Shown: positions 19,374-29,661, counted from the first letter of the stretch. The stretch: DNA of 64,000 nt from an uncultured Verrucomicrobiae bacterium (GCA_963765205.1 CAVXVB010000009.1:800001-864000); one strand, 5' to 3'. Notes: generated by a model not told the origin, from the sequence alone. Made by a program: numbers and translations.

Positions 19374-22149
19374 TTACAGGGAAATCTTATGGCCCGCCGC
19401 ATGGCGGGTGGTGAACTGCATGTGAACCTCATGCAGTCGCGCAAGTTCGACAGATTTCATAATCCGGCGTGTCCATTCCGAGGCTTTGACGCGCGGGCCA
19501 ATTGAGGGTGCCATAGTGGGGGCAGGCTTGATGTCCAAGGCGAGGCCACGGTCACCAGTTTGCTCGATATTAGCACGCAACTCGGCTTTGTCCGAGGTGA
19601 ACACGACCACGCGCTTGCGGCCTCGGGAAATCGCCACATACCATTGATGGCAGTTAGTGGCGGCCCGGTTCGCGGCATCGGCGAAGAGCACGGTGTCCAC
19701 GGTTTTTCCCTGGGAGGCGTAGGAAGTGACGACATAGCCGCGATTGAATAGCCGTTGCGAAGGCGACAGGGTCTTTCTTTTCCCCCGGTCATCCTCGACA
19801 ACGAGCGAGCCGTTTTTACGCACACGGCGGATGGTCAGGAGTTCGCCATTGGTCAGCGCATGGCCTTCGATGGACTTCCCATTGAACTTGAGTTGCAACC
19901 GGTCACCCGGAGCGACTTCCAATTCAACCGGCGCGACAACCGCAATTCGATTCGTATAGCGGTAACTCAGGGTAGAGCGACGGTCGTTTTTCAGAAGAAC
20001 AACACCATGTTCACTGGCTCCGGCAATTTCGCAAAGATCGCCCTTGGCATATCGGCCGTAGCGTTGCAGAAAATAGACCTGTTGACCAACTCGGTAGAAA
20101 CTGGCCTCACGTTTCTGCGCCTCAGTGCAATCCACCGCCTGAAAGGCGGTGAGCGTCGTGCCGCCGCTCAGTTTTCCTTTTGCCTTCAATTGTTCGCGGA
20201 TGGCATCGTTCACTGCATTCACCTCAACCCAGGTCTGGGCCACGACCAGGACACTTTCATTGCGGTCAACGCTGGCGAGGTATTCCCGCGCCAGCGTTTC
20301 GCGGCGAGCATCCGGTGCGACCTCGCGGATACAGCCCAGCTTTTCCAGGCGGTCGAATGATTCAGTGATGTTCCCGGACGCCGCCGCTTTGACCGCCTGA
20401 CGGTATCCATACACAAAGGCCCGCTCCTTGGCCGATTTTGCGGCGGCGGGATTCTGCCGCTGGATGTATTTTAATTCCGCTGCTTTCAACCCGCAGTATT
20501 TCTCAATGGCCCGGAGCGCATCGGAGGCTTGCACCGCGCCATGCTGCCGGGTGTCACCCGACAGAATCAATCGCCCATCGCGGGCCTTCACCAAGGCCAT
20601 CAGGTGATTCAGTTGCTTGCCGCCCACCTGGCCCGCCTCATCCAGGAGCACGACCGCACGCCGGGGCATGGTTCCAGTTTCCAGACAATGCGCCACAGTG
20701 GTAGCAGGAAGGCCATCCCCACACAAATCAGCCACTTGCTGGCGTTGCGGGGCCAGAACGACCACGGGCAGACCGGCGGCTTGAATACCTTTCATTACCT
20801 CCCGCAGGGTGAAACTTTTGCCGGTGCCCGCGCCGCCGCGAAACAACGTGACGAAATCCCGGCTTCTCAAAATGTGCCTGACTGCCGCCGCCTGTTCTTC
20901 CGACAAGACCGGAGACGGTTGGTAATCCCGGTTTAAGGCCAATTCCATGCCACACCCATCACGGGCGGCGACCACGATGCCTAATTCGTAGCGCAGCATT
21001 TCGCGCGAAGTGAGCCTGTGTGTGCCTTCCTCGCGGACATAGCCGCGTTTTTCAATGGCTTCGCGCAACGCCGCCAAGTCGAAATCCTGTCCGCGACCAT
21101 GCGCCAATGCCGCCGCCATCAGTTCGTAGTCATTCACCACGGAGCGCCGTTCAAAGAGGTGTTCATCCGCCCATGCGACGATGGCATTCACGTCGGCTTT
21201 CATGGGGACGTGCTGCTTTGCAATCCATAACGAATCCAATGCCGCCTTATCCGCTGCCGACATTTGTTTTGCCCAACGGGGCCGTAATTGACTGGCGGTA
21301 GAGTCCTTGATTTTTCGTTTCCGGTCGTCATGCGCGATCTGTTTGCGGAGGTCACCAGCACTGCCCCGCAACCCCTCATGCTCGATGCGTTTTTGAGCCT
21401 CAGCATGGATTTGCTGATGCCGCTTGGAGAATTGGGCGATGACACTGGCCGGAACCTGCTTGATTTCAAAGTCGCGGGCAGTGGGCACAAGTTCATACCC
21501 AAAGCTCCGCAGCCCCTTCGCCAGTTCATGGTAGTAATAGTGCTCCACGAACTTTTGGGCGCGATACATGCCCGATGCCTCCAATGCCTTCCAACGGTTT
21601 TCCACCAGATCAAAGGTGGCATTGAAGATAACGCAATGGGTATGCAGGTGCGGGTCTAGTTCCCGGCTGGTGTCATGCCGGAAGGCCGCGCCCAAGATGT
21701 TCCCCGTCACCCGTTCCCCGTTCTGGCCGGACTTCCGCACGCGTGTTCCGGCGAACTTTTCGAGTTCAACCATCGCGGTTTTGACCGCCTGATTATGCAG
21801 TTCCAAAATACGGACATCCTGCATCAGCGCGACCACCGAAACCGACTTTGGCGGGCTAATCGTGAAGTCATAGAACACCCTTCGATTGGCCACCATCTTT
21901 CCGTCTTCGCGACGTTTGTCATTTTGCCGAAGGGTCAATTTCTGACCCGTGCCCGGATTCAATCCCTCGCACAACGCCAGGAATTCTTTCTCACATACCT
22001 TGCCTTTGAGACCCAATTTTTCAGCAGCCTCGCCGAACCATTCACCTGAAACTTTTTCACCCTCGGCGTAGTAATCTCCCACGCTCAAATGCTCGCGAAA
22101 AATACTCCCGAGCATGTTGCAGATTTAACTGTGGTTTTGGAGTCAACAT
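19374..22149 (-). CDS. MobF (TrwC/TraI-like) relaxase-helicase; apparent +1 frameshift in an A5 run near 22098-22102
   Basis: GDYY catalytic tyrosines, YDFTISPPKSVS, HDTSRELDPHLHTH, Walker A GGAGTGKS, LLDEAGQ, SQGKTVD; ATG 22149 gives MLTPKPQLNLQHAREYF, which joins REHLSVGDYY after removing one base. Confidence 0.92.
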
Positions 22150-22643
22150 GGTAAATCCTCCGATTTGACGGGAATCACTTACGAAAACGCAGTCGCGTTT
22201 TCATCATGGAGGACGCAGTTCCCCTTCCGATGGAACGGAAGGTTGCCATCCGCGTAAGTGACGCACGCCGTTACCCATGTTGTGGAGTCAACTGAACGCA
22301 CCCGCGTAGGCCGTTACCTACTGAAATCAGGCTAAACGCAGCCCGGCATGACGCCGGTTTCCGACCCTCGCGAAGACGCGCCGCGCCCGCTGGTTGCGTC
22401 GCGCCCTCGTGAATGGTGCGGGGGTAATGAGGCACCGACGGGGAGACGCGGGCGCGAGTCACTTCCGCCGCCGTCCACCTCGCTTGCCGCCACCGGGCGG
22501 CGCGCTCAGGCTCCCGGCCCGGCTCCGCGCCTCGCAGCCCGTGACTCCTCTGGGCCTGTCTAATGGCGCATTTTGGCGCAGCCCGGACGGCATCGAGAAT
22601 ATGGACAGCAGTTGAAATCGAATGTAAAAAATGGCGCACAAAA

Positions 22644-22796
22644 AGATTGGTTACTCAGCGAGTAACCAATCTCCACTTTCACGGCACAGAGTTAGCGCAA
22701 AGATTGGTCACACAGTGTGTGACCGATCTTCGGGTGCCTTCATTTTTGCAGCGCTAAATTGGCGCTAAGATTCTTTACACAGTGTGTGGAGAATCT
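22644..22796. repeat. Three 29-bp palindromes AGATT-N8-AGY-N8-RATCT
   Basis: 22644-22672, 22701-22729 and 22768-22796, each with 13-bp arms and a 3-nt centre. Confidence 0.9.
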
Positions 22797-23229
22797 TCAA
22801 TAAGTTGCGTCATCCTTGCCTAGCCGGGAGGGAAACGACGTGTCAATTAGCGCCAGAGACGGCATTTTAACCTACCCCAACCACCCCCTCGCGCCTCAAT
22901 TATATCGCCGCCGTCAAGGTCCGCTTCGCTTTCCACCTTGACTGCGGCGGAAGAGGCGCAGTTATGGGTTGGTGGTGGGGAATAGCGGTTGGTTAAGCAC
23001 ATGGGCAACCGGCCTTGCTGGCCGTGTTTGTTGGTTGGCGGATGACTTGCTCGCAGTCGGTATGGTAGTTGTCTGGGTTCGTGGTTGGCCGGTTCGCATA
23101 TTGCGTTTAGAACCATTGCGCTTTCAGAACCGCCGCATGTTCTATATTCCAACATGCAGCTCCCGCGCGGGAAGATACACCCATTTTGCATTTCAAAATA
23201 GGGTCAGCTTTGAATTCGATTTTTGCCCT

Positions 23230-23647
23230 AAATAGGCAACACGTGTTGCCTATTTCGTAACATAAAATTGACACGCCGAGCAGCCAACCCAGGGCGCTGC
23301 CCAAATACGTACAAAAATCCCGGAGCCGGAATTTTGCACTAATTAGAAAAACGCACCGCGTTTCGTTTTTTTTACAAAGAAGCGGCGTGGTGTTACCGAT
23401 GGCGGGAAGGCCGAGGCATTGGCGTGAGCAATTTTGACCATGCTTTCTGCCAATTGTAAAAATGCCTCGATTTGCGTTATTTATTGACCGATAGGCTCTT
23501 TTGCGAAAACGAACCACGTGGTTCGTTTTCGCGCATCACAAGCCCGATTTGAAATAGCCCCAGCGTTCGGTATCCCAAGCTGTGGGGTTATTCTGAAAAC
23601 GAAACACGTGTTTCGTTTTCAAAATGCAACACACCGTGTCGTTTTTT
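23230..23647. repeat. Cluster of 26-30 bp palindromes centred on CACGTG
   Basis: Perfect palindromes at 23230-23255, 23503-23532 and 23594-23621; degenerate copies near 23347-23370 and 23621-23647. Confidence 0.9.
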
Positions 23648-23661
23648 AAACCTCCACCGGG

Positions 23662-24882
23662 TCACACGGCCACCGCCAGAGACGGGACTGGCACCGGGAA
23701 GGTCGTGGCTACCGTGACAACATGCCCCTGTCGTTTCGGCAGGATACTGAAGAACTGTTCAGCTTCCGCCGTGCTTTTCAGGTCGAGATAGTGCTTGCGG
23801 ATGATGCTTTCCGAATTCCCAGCCTGAAGCGCGGCTTCGCCGATGGAGCGGAATTTAGCGACGTGCATTTAGATGAAGGTATGTCTCATGACATCATGCG
23901 ATAGGTTGAACTTCACCACCGCCTTTTCCCGGATATGCTGGAGGTTGGTCGGGATGATGGGATATTTCGCCAGTGGATAGGCCCGCAGCCAGGCCGCAAG
24001 ATTCGGCTGAATCGTGACCATGCGCGGCTCTCGCACCTTGGACACTTCGCGATCAATGCGAATGACCCCATCGGCGAGTTTCATATGCTCAGGCTTGAGA
24101 CGGAGGATTTCACCCGTGCGGAGACAAGGCCGGATACCCGCGAACAGGCAGAGGGCGAAGAACGGCACGGCGCTGGGATAGTGGCCCTCGACAAACGCCA
24201 TGAGTTCCTTCGTCTGTGACGCGGAGAGCGTCACCGCGCCGCCACGCCGCCGCCGAATCCGGTGGGCTGGTATTTTCAACAGTGGGTTTTCCGAGACCCA
24301 ATCCCGTTTTAGCGCAAATTTCAGGAAGCCCGAAACGATGCCGCGCCGATTGTTGTAGGTCTTGAGCGAGGCACGCCGTGCCTCGAAATAGCCCACCAGT
24401 CGCGCCCCGGTTAATTCTGCGACGGTCGCGCCGGGGAAATGTTTTTGCAGGCGCACCAAATCTCGTTTCAGTCGAATCAGGTAAGGCTCTGAAATCAAAT
24501 CCTGCCCGCGCTCATGCTCTTTCGTCGCGACGTATCCCGCGACCGCCTCCGCGAGCAATTTTTGCGTCACCGGCTCGCGGTAGTTCGCCAACGCGAACTC
24601 GACATAGAATGATAGCGGATGTTTCTGGCTGGCTACCCGGTGGAATAGCGACTCCGCTTCATGGAGTTGCTCATCCGTCAGGCGAGTGACCGCAGTGTGA
24701 ACACCGGTCTCGCCTTGGAGGCGGCAGACTTCGAGAACTTGGCGTTCCGCCTCGGCCTCGGGACGGCTGGGGAAGTTCTTGCGCACGCGCTTGCCGTCCA
24801 GCCAGCCGGATACGCGGTAAACGATCTCCCCCGAGGGATTCGTGAATTCAGAGATACTAAACGAGGATATTGTGGCATTCAT
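23662..24882 (-). pseudogene. Tyrosine integrase of element B interrupted by an in-frame TAA (23869-23871)
   Basis: FAGIRP, VSKVR, HDVMRHTFI* then in-frame MHVAKFRSIGEAALQAGNSESIIRKHY carrying the catalytic Tyr. Confidence 0.85.
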
Positions 24883-24924
24883 GACCGATTTGCCACGTCA
24901 ACTGGCAAATCTGTCGTTGACCTA

Positions 24925-24975
24925 ATTAACTCATTGATTTTTAATGAGTTAATGGCGGAGAGGGATTCGAACCCC
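24925..24975. repeat. Junction att site between elements B and A: hairpin plus 4-nt-deleted tRNA-Ser 3' fragment
   Basis: ATTAACTCATT-N7-AATGAGTTAAT inverted repeat, then TGGCGGAGAGGGATTCGAACCCC. Confidence 0.9.
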
Positions 24976-25175
24976 AGCCGCCGGATTCAGAAGTAATTGA
25001 AGGCCGGAAACTTGTCAAAAACGGCAAAAGGCAGTCCCCAGTCCTGTCCCCCGGTCTGGCTGGTCAAGCGGGAGAAGACGTGGCTGACGTTGTTCTCGCG
25101 TGGTCAACTCTGCCCACGAAAGTGCGCGCCGCCATCCTCGCCCTGGTTGACGCGGCGCAAGGAGGAACCAAGTGA
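24975..25175 (+). other. Open 66-codon frame beginning at the att core; predicted C-terminal tail of the element A integrase in the excised circle
   Basis: (FEP)QPPDSEVIEGRKLVKNGKRQSPVLSPGLAGQAGEDVADVVLAWSTLPTKVRAAILALVDAAQGGTK*; in the same register as int across TTC GAA CCC; its TGA overlaps the rep GTG. Confidence 0.7.
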
Positions 25176-26347
25176 GTGCCGAGATTGCCGAGGGCTTGGC
25201 CGGCGTCGGGCCGGAGGCCGTCCCGCATGGCGGGACGGCCCCGGCCCCCGCCGGCCTTCCTAGTCTATTATGTCATAACTCAACTGATAAACTCTCTGAC
25301 AGTCAGCGCAAGGGGCTGGTCAATCTCACGCGCAACGTCAAATGGATGGCAAAAGAACATGGTGTCGAGCGCCTGCTTTTTGGCACCCTGACGCCCTGCC
25401 CGAAAATCTATGACATGAAGGAAGCCCAAAAAGTGTTCAACTCGTTCGCCACGCATTTTGTCCGTCCCCGCTTTCCTGACGCCATCGTGGGGGTGCATCG
25501 GGGTAAGGATGGGTTTGTCCATTTCCATTTTTTGCTCGTGGCCCCGGTCGGGGTCAACGTGAAGGCCGGATTTGACCATGCCGCCGTTGACCATGGCGAC
25601 TATTCCAGTGCTTGTGAGTGGCTGCGCGCGGAGTGGAAGGCCTGGCGCGAGGCCACGAATTACAATGGGAAGCGCCCTGACGCCGCCTATCCCCGGATTG
25701 GCCGTTGCGAGGTGAAGCCTGTCCAAAAGAATCCCGAGGCCCTGGCGCGTTACCTCGGTGGCTACCTCTCCAAGGGCATCCGCCAGCGGGTCAGCGGTGA
25801 TCACCGCGCCCGTTTAATCCGCTATTGGGGCCGTTCGCGGGAGTTTCCGCCCGGCGTGGCCTTCACCTCCCCGCGCTCCTGGGTGTGCCGGGCCAAAATC
25901 CGCCAATGGGCCATTACAGTCGCACTATGTCCCTCGCCCGAAGCGGTGCGCGAGAAATACGGGCCGCGCTGGTTCTGGGACAACAAAGAAGCCATCCATG
26001 GTCAAATTCTGACGGAATACCCGTCCGCCGCGCACGCCTATGCCGATGGACACCTTATGTTCCGAAACATGAGGAACGAGCCAGGGGCAATCCGTTGCGC
26101 CCCTGCTGGCACTGAGCTTTTGACTCGTCTGGTATTGGAATGCGTGGACGGCGTGGAACGTCTCGTCTCGGTCACCCTGGCGGTCCCAGTGCCTGCGGGT
26201 GCCACTGGCCTGACCCTTCACCACCTTTGCCGTCCACAGGTCGAGGAGGAGCCGGATGATGAAATAGAGTCAGCGGAGCTTGTTTATGCCGCTTCCGTAT
26301 CCTCGTGGCCGGACACGGCAAAAATAGCCGAAAACAATCCATTTTGA
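25172..26347 (+). CDS. Rolling-circle replication initiator (HUH endonuclease), recalled similarity to phasyl Arp-type Reps
   Basis: Motif I FGTLT, motif II VHFHFLL, motif III ARYLGGYLSK with two Tyr; RBS AAGGAGG at 25159-25165. Confidence 0.85.
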   Translation: MSAEIAEGLAGVGPEAVPHGGTAPAPAGLPSLLCHNSTDKLSDSQRKGLVNLTRNVKWMAKEHGVERLLFGTLTPCPKIYDMKEAQKVFNSFATHFVRPRFPDAIVGVHRGKDGFVHFHFLLVAPVGVNVKAGFDHAAVDHGDYSSACEWLRAEWKAWREATNYNGKRPDAAYPRIGRCEVKPVQKNPEALARYLGGYLSKGIRQRVSGDHRARLIRYWGRSREFPPGVAFTSPRSWVCRAKIRQWAITVALCPSPEAVREKYGPRWFWDNKEAIHGQILTEYPSAAHAYADGHLMFRNMRNEPGAIRCAPAGTELLTRLVLECVDGVERLVSVTLAVPVPAGATGLTLHHLCRPQVEEEPDDEIESAELVYAASVSSWPDTAKIAENNPF

Positions 26348-26661
26348 GAAAACAGGGCCAGGTGCAGGATGGCGGCCTGAGCCTCCTGCTACTGCTCCGA
26401 TTCCTCCCTTTACCGCCAAAAGATTGGTTCAGTGCCGCCGGTTAAGCGCCGTCCGTGACGGGAATCCTCGGAATGGTCGGCGTCAGGCGGGCTTACTCCG
26501 CTGTGGCAGACTCGACGAAAGGACATGGGGTAGGGGTCCCATGGCGTTTTGTCGAGTGGGCCAACCGCATTTGCGATCAAATCATTAACCTGGCGGAGCC
26601 ATATTTACCCACGGATAAATACCCTTGCCGCCCGCTCTCCAACCGCCCATTTTGCTGACCC

Positions 26662-27669
26662 ATGAAAATGACTGCATCTAAATATCCAAGCTTCAATGTG
26701 ATTGATGAAGACCCGGTATCGGATTTAGAATCGGAAAAGTTTGTTGCTTTAATTAAAGAAATTCTGAAAGGTTTTCGATATTCCGATAGAGAATGGATTG
26801 CCGAATATGAACGAAAATTTTTCATGTTAATGAGGAAAATTGGATATGGTCAGGCCTCAGGGGTTTTTGGGAAGCGAACAAAACTACGCAGCAAATTAGA
26901 TACCCTTTGCATGTTTGAATCCATAGGAAATTACATTATTAATGGATCAGGGCAAAGCGCGGAAATTAAGAAGTTAATCCCGCGGCATCTATTTTGTATT
27001 TGCCCTGAGCATGACGCCATAAACATCACAGTTAAGCACTTCAGGACAGCCAGGCTGCCAACTGGCCCCATTTGGTCTCCTGCAACTGATCGGTTCGTCT
27101 TTTGGAACAAACAAAAGTTGATCCTGGCCTATTCTCAGCACGCTATTGAAAGGATGCAGGAACGAATCCTGATCGGAGATTCTCCATATAGGCAGGTGGA
27201 AGAATTGGGCTATTTATTTTTTGTTCATCTCACTTATCCCGCATGTCTTGGCGAAAACCATTCACCGATGATCGAATTTTATATGATCTTTACGAAGCGT
27301 GACGGGGAACTTGAGTATTTAAACCAGGTTTTCGAGGAACAAATAGATGCCAAGATTTACTACGACGCCTTTTCCCTGCGCTTTTTTTACCGCGTTGGGT
27401 ATGGCCCGTTTGTAATCGATAACGGCTACGCAGTTGTAAAATCAATTCTCTTCCCTGGAATGAAGGGCACGCCAGAAGAAAAGTTAATCTTGGAAAAATC
27501 CATGAGCAGCCAAGAGCGCAACAATTTAACCCAAGCTTGGAAAGAGGGCATATTTTCCGATCCAAAATCCCAAAAACAAATCGCCCTCCTCGAATTTCTC
27601 CGAAATAATGGACTCCAGGTCATATTCAACGATGAGGGATTGCGTGCTCGGTCAAAAATCCACCAATGA
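26662..27669 (+). CDS. AT-rich hypothetical cargo protein (335 aa)
   Basis: Long ORF much more AT-rich than the host; contains YSQHAIERMQER. Confidence 0.8.
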   Translation: MKMTASKYPSFNVIDEDPVSDLESEKFVALIKEILKGFRYSDREWIAEYERKFFMLMRKIGYGQASGVFGKRTKLRSKLDTLCMFESIGNYIINGSGQSAEIKKLIPRHLFCICPEHDAINITVKHFRTARLPTGPIWSPATDRFVFWNKQKLILAYSQHAIERMQERILIGDSPYRQVEELGYLFFVHLTYPACLGENHSPMIEFYMIFTKRDGELEYLNQVFEEQIDAKIYYDAFSLRFFYRVGYGPFVIDNGYAVVKSILFPGMKGTPEEKLILEKSMSSQERNNLTQAWKEGIFSDPKSQKQIALLEFLRNNGLQVIFNDEGLRARSKIHQ

Positions 27670-27780
27670 ATTTTATGGACGTTCCGAAAACTAGCCCTTT
27701 CCTCCAAGCCACGATAACCCCAAAAAAGCGATTTCAGCTCAGTTCTGTTTCAGTTGGTCAACTATGGCGATGGGGCAGTT

Positions 27781-28602
27781 TTAGATCCTCTTGCGATAAT
27801 CAATGCATTCACGATTGCCCTTACTAAGGTTATCAACAGAACATAAAGTTTGTAGATTATCCAGAATCGTGATGCCTCCATTGGCAATTGGAATAATATG
27901 GTCTGCGTGCAAATCAACCTTGGTACCACATTTGAGACACGCGTAGCCGTCACGCTTAAACACAAGAGCCCGAAGGCGTGACGGTATATGGCGAGAGTAT
28001 TTTGATCGCGCCACGCTAGATCGAGGCCCTTTCGGATGAAATTTTACTCTTTTGGAAATAATATCTTTGATCTGTGCTGTGGTCAACTTGACGCCGTAAT
28101 TGTCAATCACAGCCGCATAAATACGATGCCAATATGGAATCAGCTCTAAAAAAGCTTGATATGCATTTTCATGAAAGTCTTCGAGGGTTCCCGCTTCAAA
28201 CATTCTAAACAGGCCGATCATTTGCTGATTTTCTAAAGCCTGGAAGTTATGCAGAGTTTTTTCGGCCTTGCGCATTTCATCCCACAAGACAGATATAACT
28301 TCGCCTGTCTTATCGTATATTCTTTGCCGATTGGCATAAAACCTAGCAATAAATGGCTTTGGATGATATCGAAGGAAAGGATCATGAATTAACGCGTAGC
28401 CGAAGTGATGAAAATCTAAAATCGAAGGCTGGTGGATATCATAAAAGTGAAACATAAACATTCGTGTTTCAGTGCCATGTCGCTGTGCAACCCGCTGAGC
28501 CTTAAGGCGCGGTTGAATTTCCTCGGGAAAGTCTCGGACGAGACCCGCGTAGATATCCTTTGAAACCGCCGCGACATCAGAAATTGTGAATTTCGACTTC
28601 AT
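27781..28602 (-). CDS. HNH endonuclease with a ~200-aa unknown N-terminal domain
   Basis: VFKRDGYACLKCG...HADHIIPIANGG...DNLQTLCSVDNLSKG. Confidence 0.9.
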   Translation of the reverse strand: MKSKFTISDVAAVSKDIYAGLVRDFPEEIQPRLKAQRVAQRHGTETRMFMFHFYDIHQPSILDFHHFGYALIHDPFLRYHPKPFIARFYANRQRIYDKTGEVISVLWDEMRKAEKTLHNFQALENQQMIGLFRMFEAGTLEDFHENAYQAFLELIPYWHRIYAAVIDNYGVKLTTAQIKDIISKRVKFHPKGPRSSVARSKYSRHIPSRLRALVFKRDGYACLKCGTKVDLHADHIIPIANGGITILDNLQTLCSVDNLSKGNRECIDYRKRI

Positions 28603-28913
28603 TTTTCGTGGCAGAATTAAGGTTTCTCAAAAGTTACCTCGTGGCCTTCTTCGGGAAGATTTCGGTTTAGATTTTATCCATCTCCGAGTGCCCCGGCACA
28701 TAAGGCCAAAACATCCTAAGATGATTGTTAAGAAGAACATATAGCAGTCTTTCTGGGTTAAAGAATGAAATTTTAATGCGTGCGTAAAACTATGTAAAGG
28801 GAAAATTGGTCAGGAAATTTAGCCGCCCTACGAGCTCGCGGCCCACCCGGCAACCGGGCCGAGCGTGCCTTGGGCAGCGGTGAAAAAACTGCAACCAGGG
28901 GCGAATTTAGTTG

Positions 28914-28960
28914 TTGACGTATTGGTGACGGCCCTCAAAATGTTGTCATTGTGTCAACGA
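28914..28960 (+). promoter_or_regulatory. Candidate sigma70-like promoter/operator for the 28951-xis-int operon
   Basis: TTGACG at 28914 with CAAAAT ~16 nt downstream; inverted TGAC/GTCA half-sites overlap it and the start codon. Confidence 0.4.
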
Positions 28961-29661
28961 ACTTTCCATTTGTCGAAATTCCACCCGAGATGGCCGAAAT
29001 CATCGGCGAGCGGGAGGGTGATTCGCGGGTCTATGCCAAAGAGGGCGTGCAGGAAGAATGTGCGCCTTGGTATGACGCTCTGCATGAAATCGTCGGGCCG
29101 TGCGTCAGCCCCGGCGGGGTGGCAATGTATTGCCCGGTCACGCGGGCGGCCACCCATCGGCGCATTCGGGAAGGGCGCCTGTCCTGCTTCACCTACCATG
29201 TCAAAGAGCGCAAGATCAACTTCTTTGGCAAATTGCGCGGGCTGCGCGACACGCCTTATTCCTACGTCCCAGTCTCGGAATGTCGGGCTTGGCGCAAGGA
29301 ATTGGAGGAAAAAGCCCTGCGCAACGAGCGCGTTACCCAGGAGGAATTGGAGGGCGCAGTGCCGGATTGGGATGCTGAATTCCTGGAATGGGAATCCCGC
29401 TGGCGCAAGGAACAGCGCAAGCTGGGCGGGCCGCGCAACATCCCGGTGACGATCAAGCTGGCCCGCAAAGAGGTTGAATGCCTGGACCGCCTCGTGGAGC
29501 TATTGAAACCCGAGTTTTCGACCAAAGAGGAATTTATCACCCATCTGCTCAACTATACCACCATGGGGGGCATGAGCGGACTGAGCTTTACCAAGTTCGG
29601 CTTTCGGCTCGCCCGGATGTATGATGAGGCGGATGCCAGGCGGAAGGAGAAGGAAAAATGA
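28951..29661 (+). CDS. Putative DNA-binding regulator (HTH-like N-terminus, possible ribbon-helix-helix C-terminus)
   Basis: VSPGGVAMYCPVTRAATHRRIREGRL; IPVTIKLARKEVECLDRLV; ATGA overlap with the next gene. Confidence 0.6.
   Translation: MSTNFPFVEIPPEMAEIIGEREGDSRVYAKEGVQEECAPWYDALHEIVGPCVSPGGVAMYCPVTRAATHRRIREGRLSCFTYHVKERKINFFGKLRGLRDTPYSYVPVSECRAWRKELEEKALRNERVTQEELEGAVPDWDAEFLEWESRWRKEQRKLGGPRNIPVTIKLARKEVECLDRLVELLKPEFSTKEEFITHLLNYTTMGGMSGLSFTKFGFRLARMYDEADARRKEKEK

Larger units (their letters stand above)
5726..24975. mobile_element. Element B: integrative mobilizable element (tyrosine integrase + MobF relaxase), ~19.2 kb, probably immobilised
   Basis: Flanked by tRNA-Ser 3' fragments; ACTGGCAAATYTGT near both ends (5864, 24901); integrase next to the right att; relaxase; cargo visibly lower in GC than the host; no T4SS genes recognised. 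Confidence 0.88.

Noticed and set aside
22644..23647. Palindrome arrays as a CRISPR array
   Set aside because: Repeats are not identical, spacing is irregular, there are few units and no cas genes are present
5726..24975. TGGCGGAGAGGGATTCGAACC copies as additional tRNA genes
   Set aside because: Only 3' fragments with a deletion; no anticodon or D arm
5726..24975. Element B as a self-transmissible ICE
   Set aside because: No VirB4, coupling protein or pilus genes are recognisable
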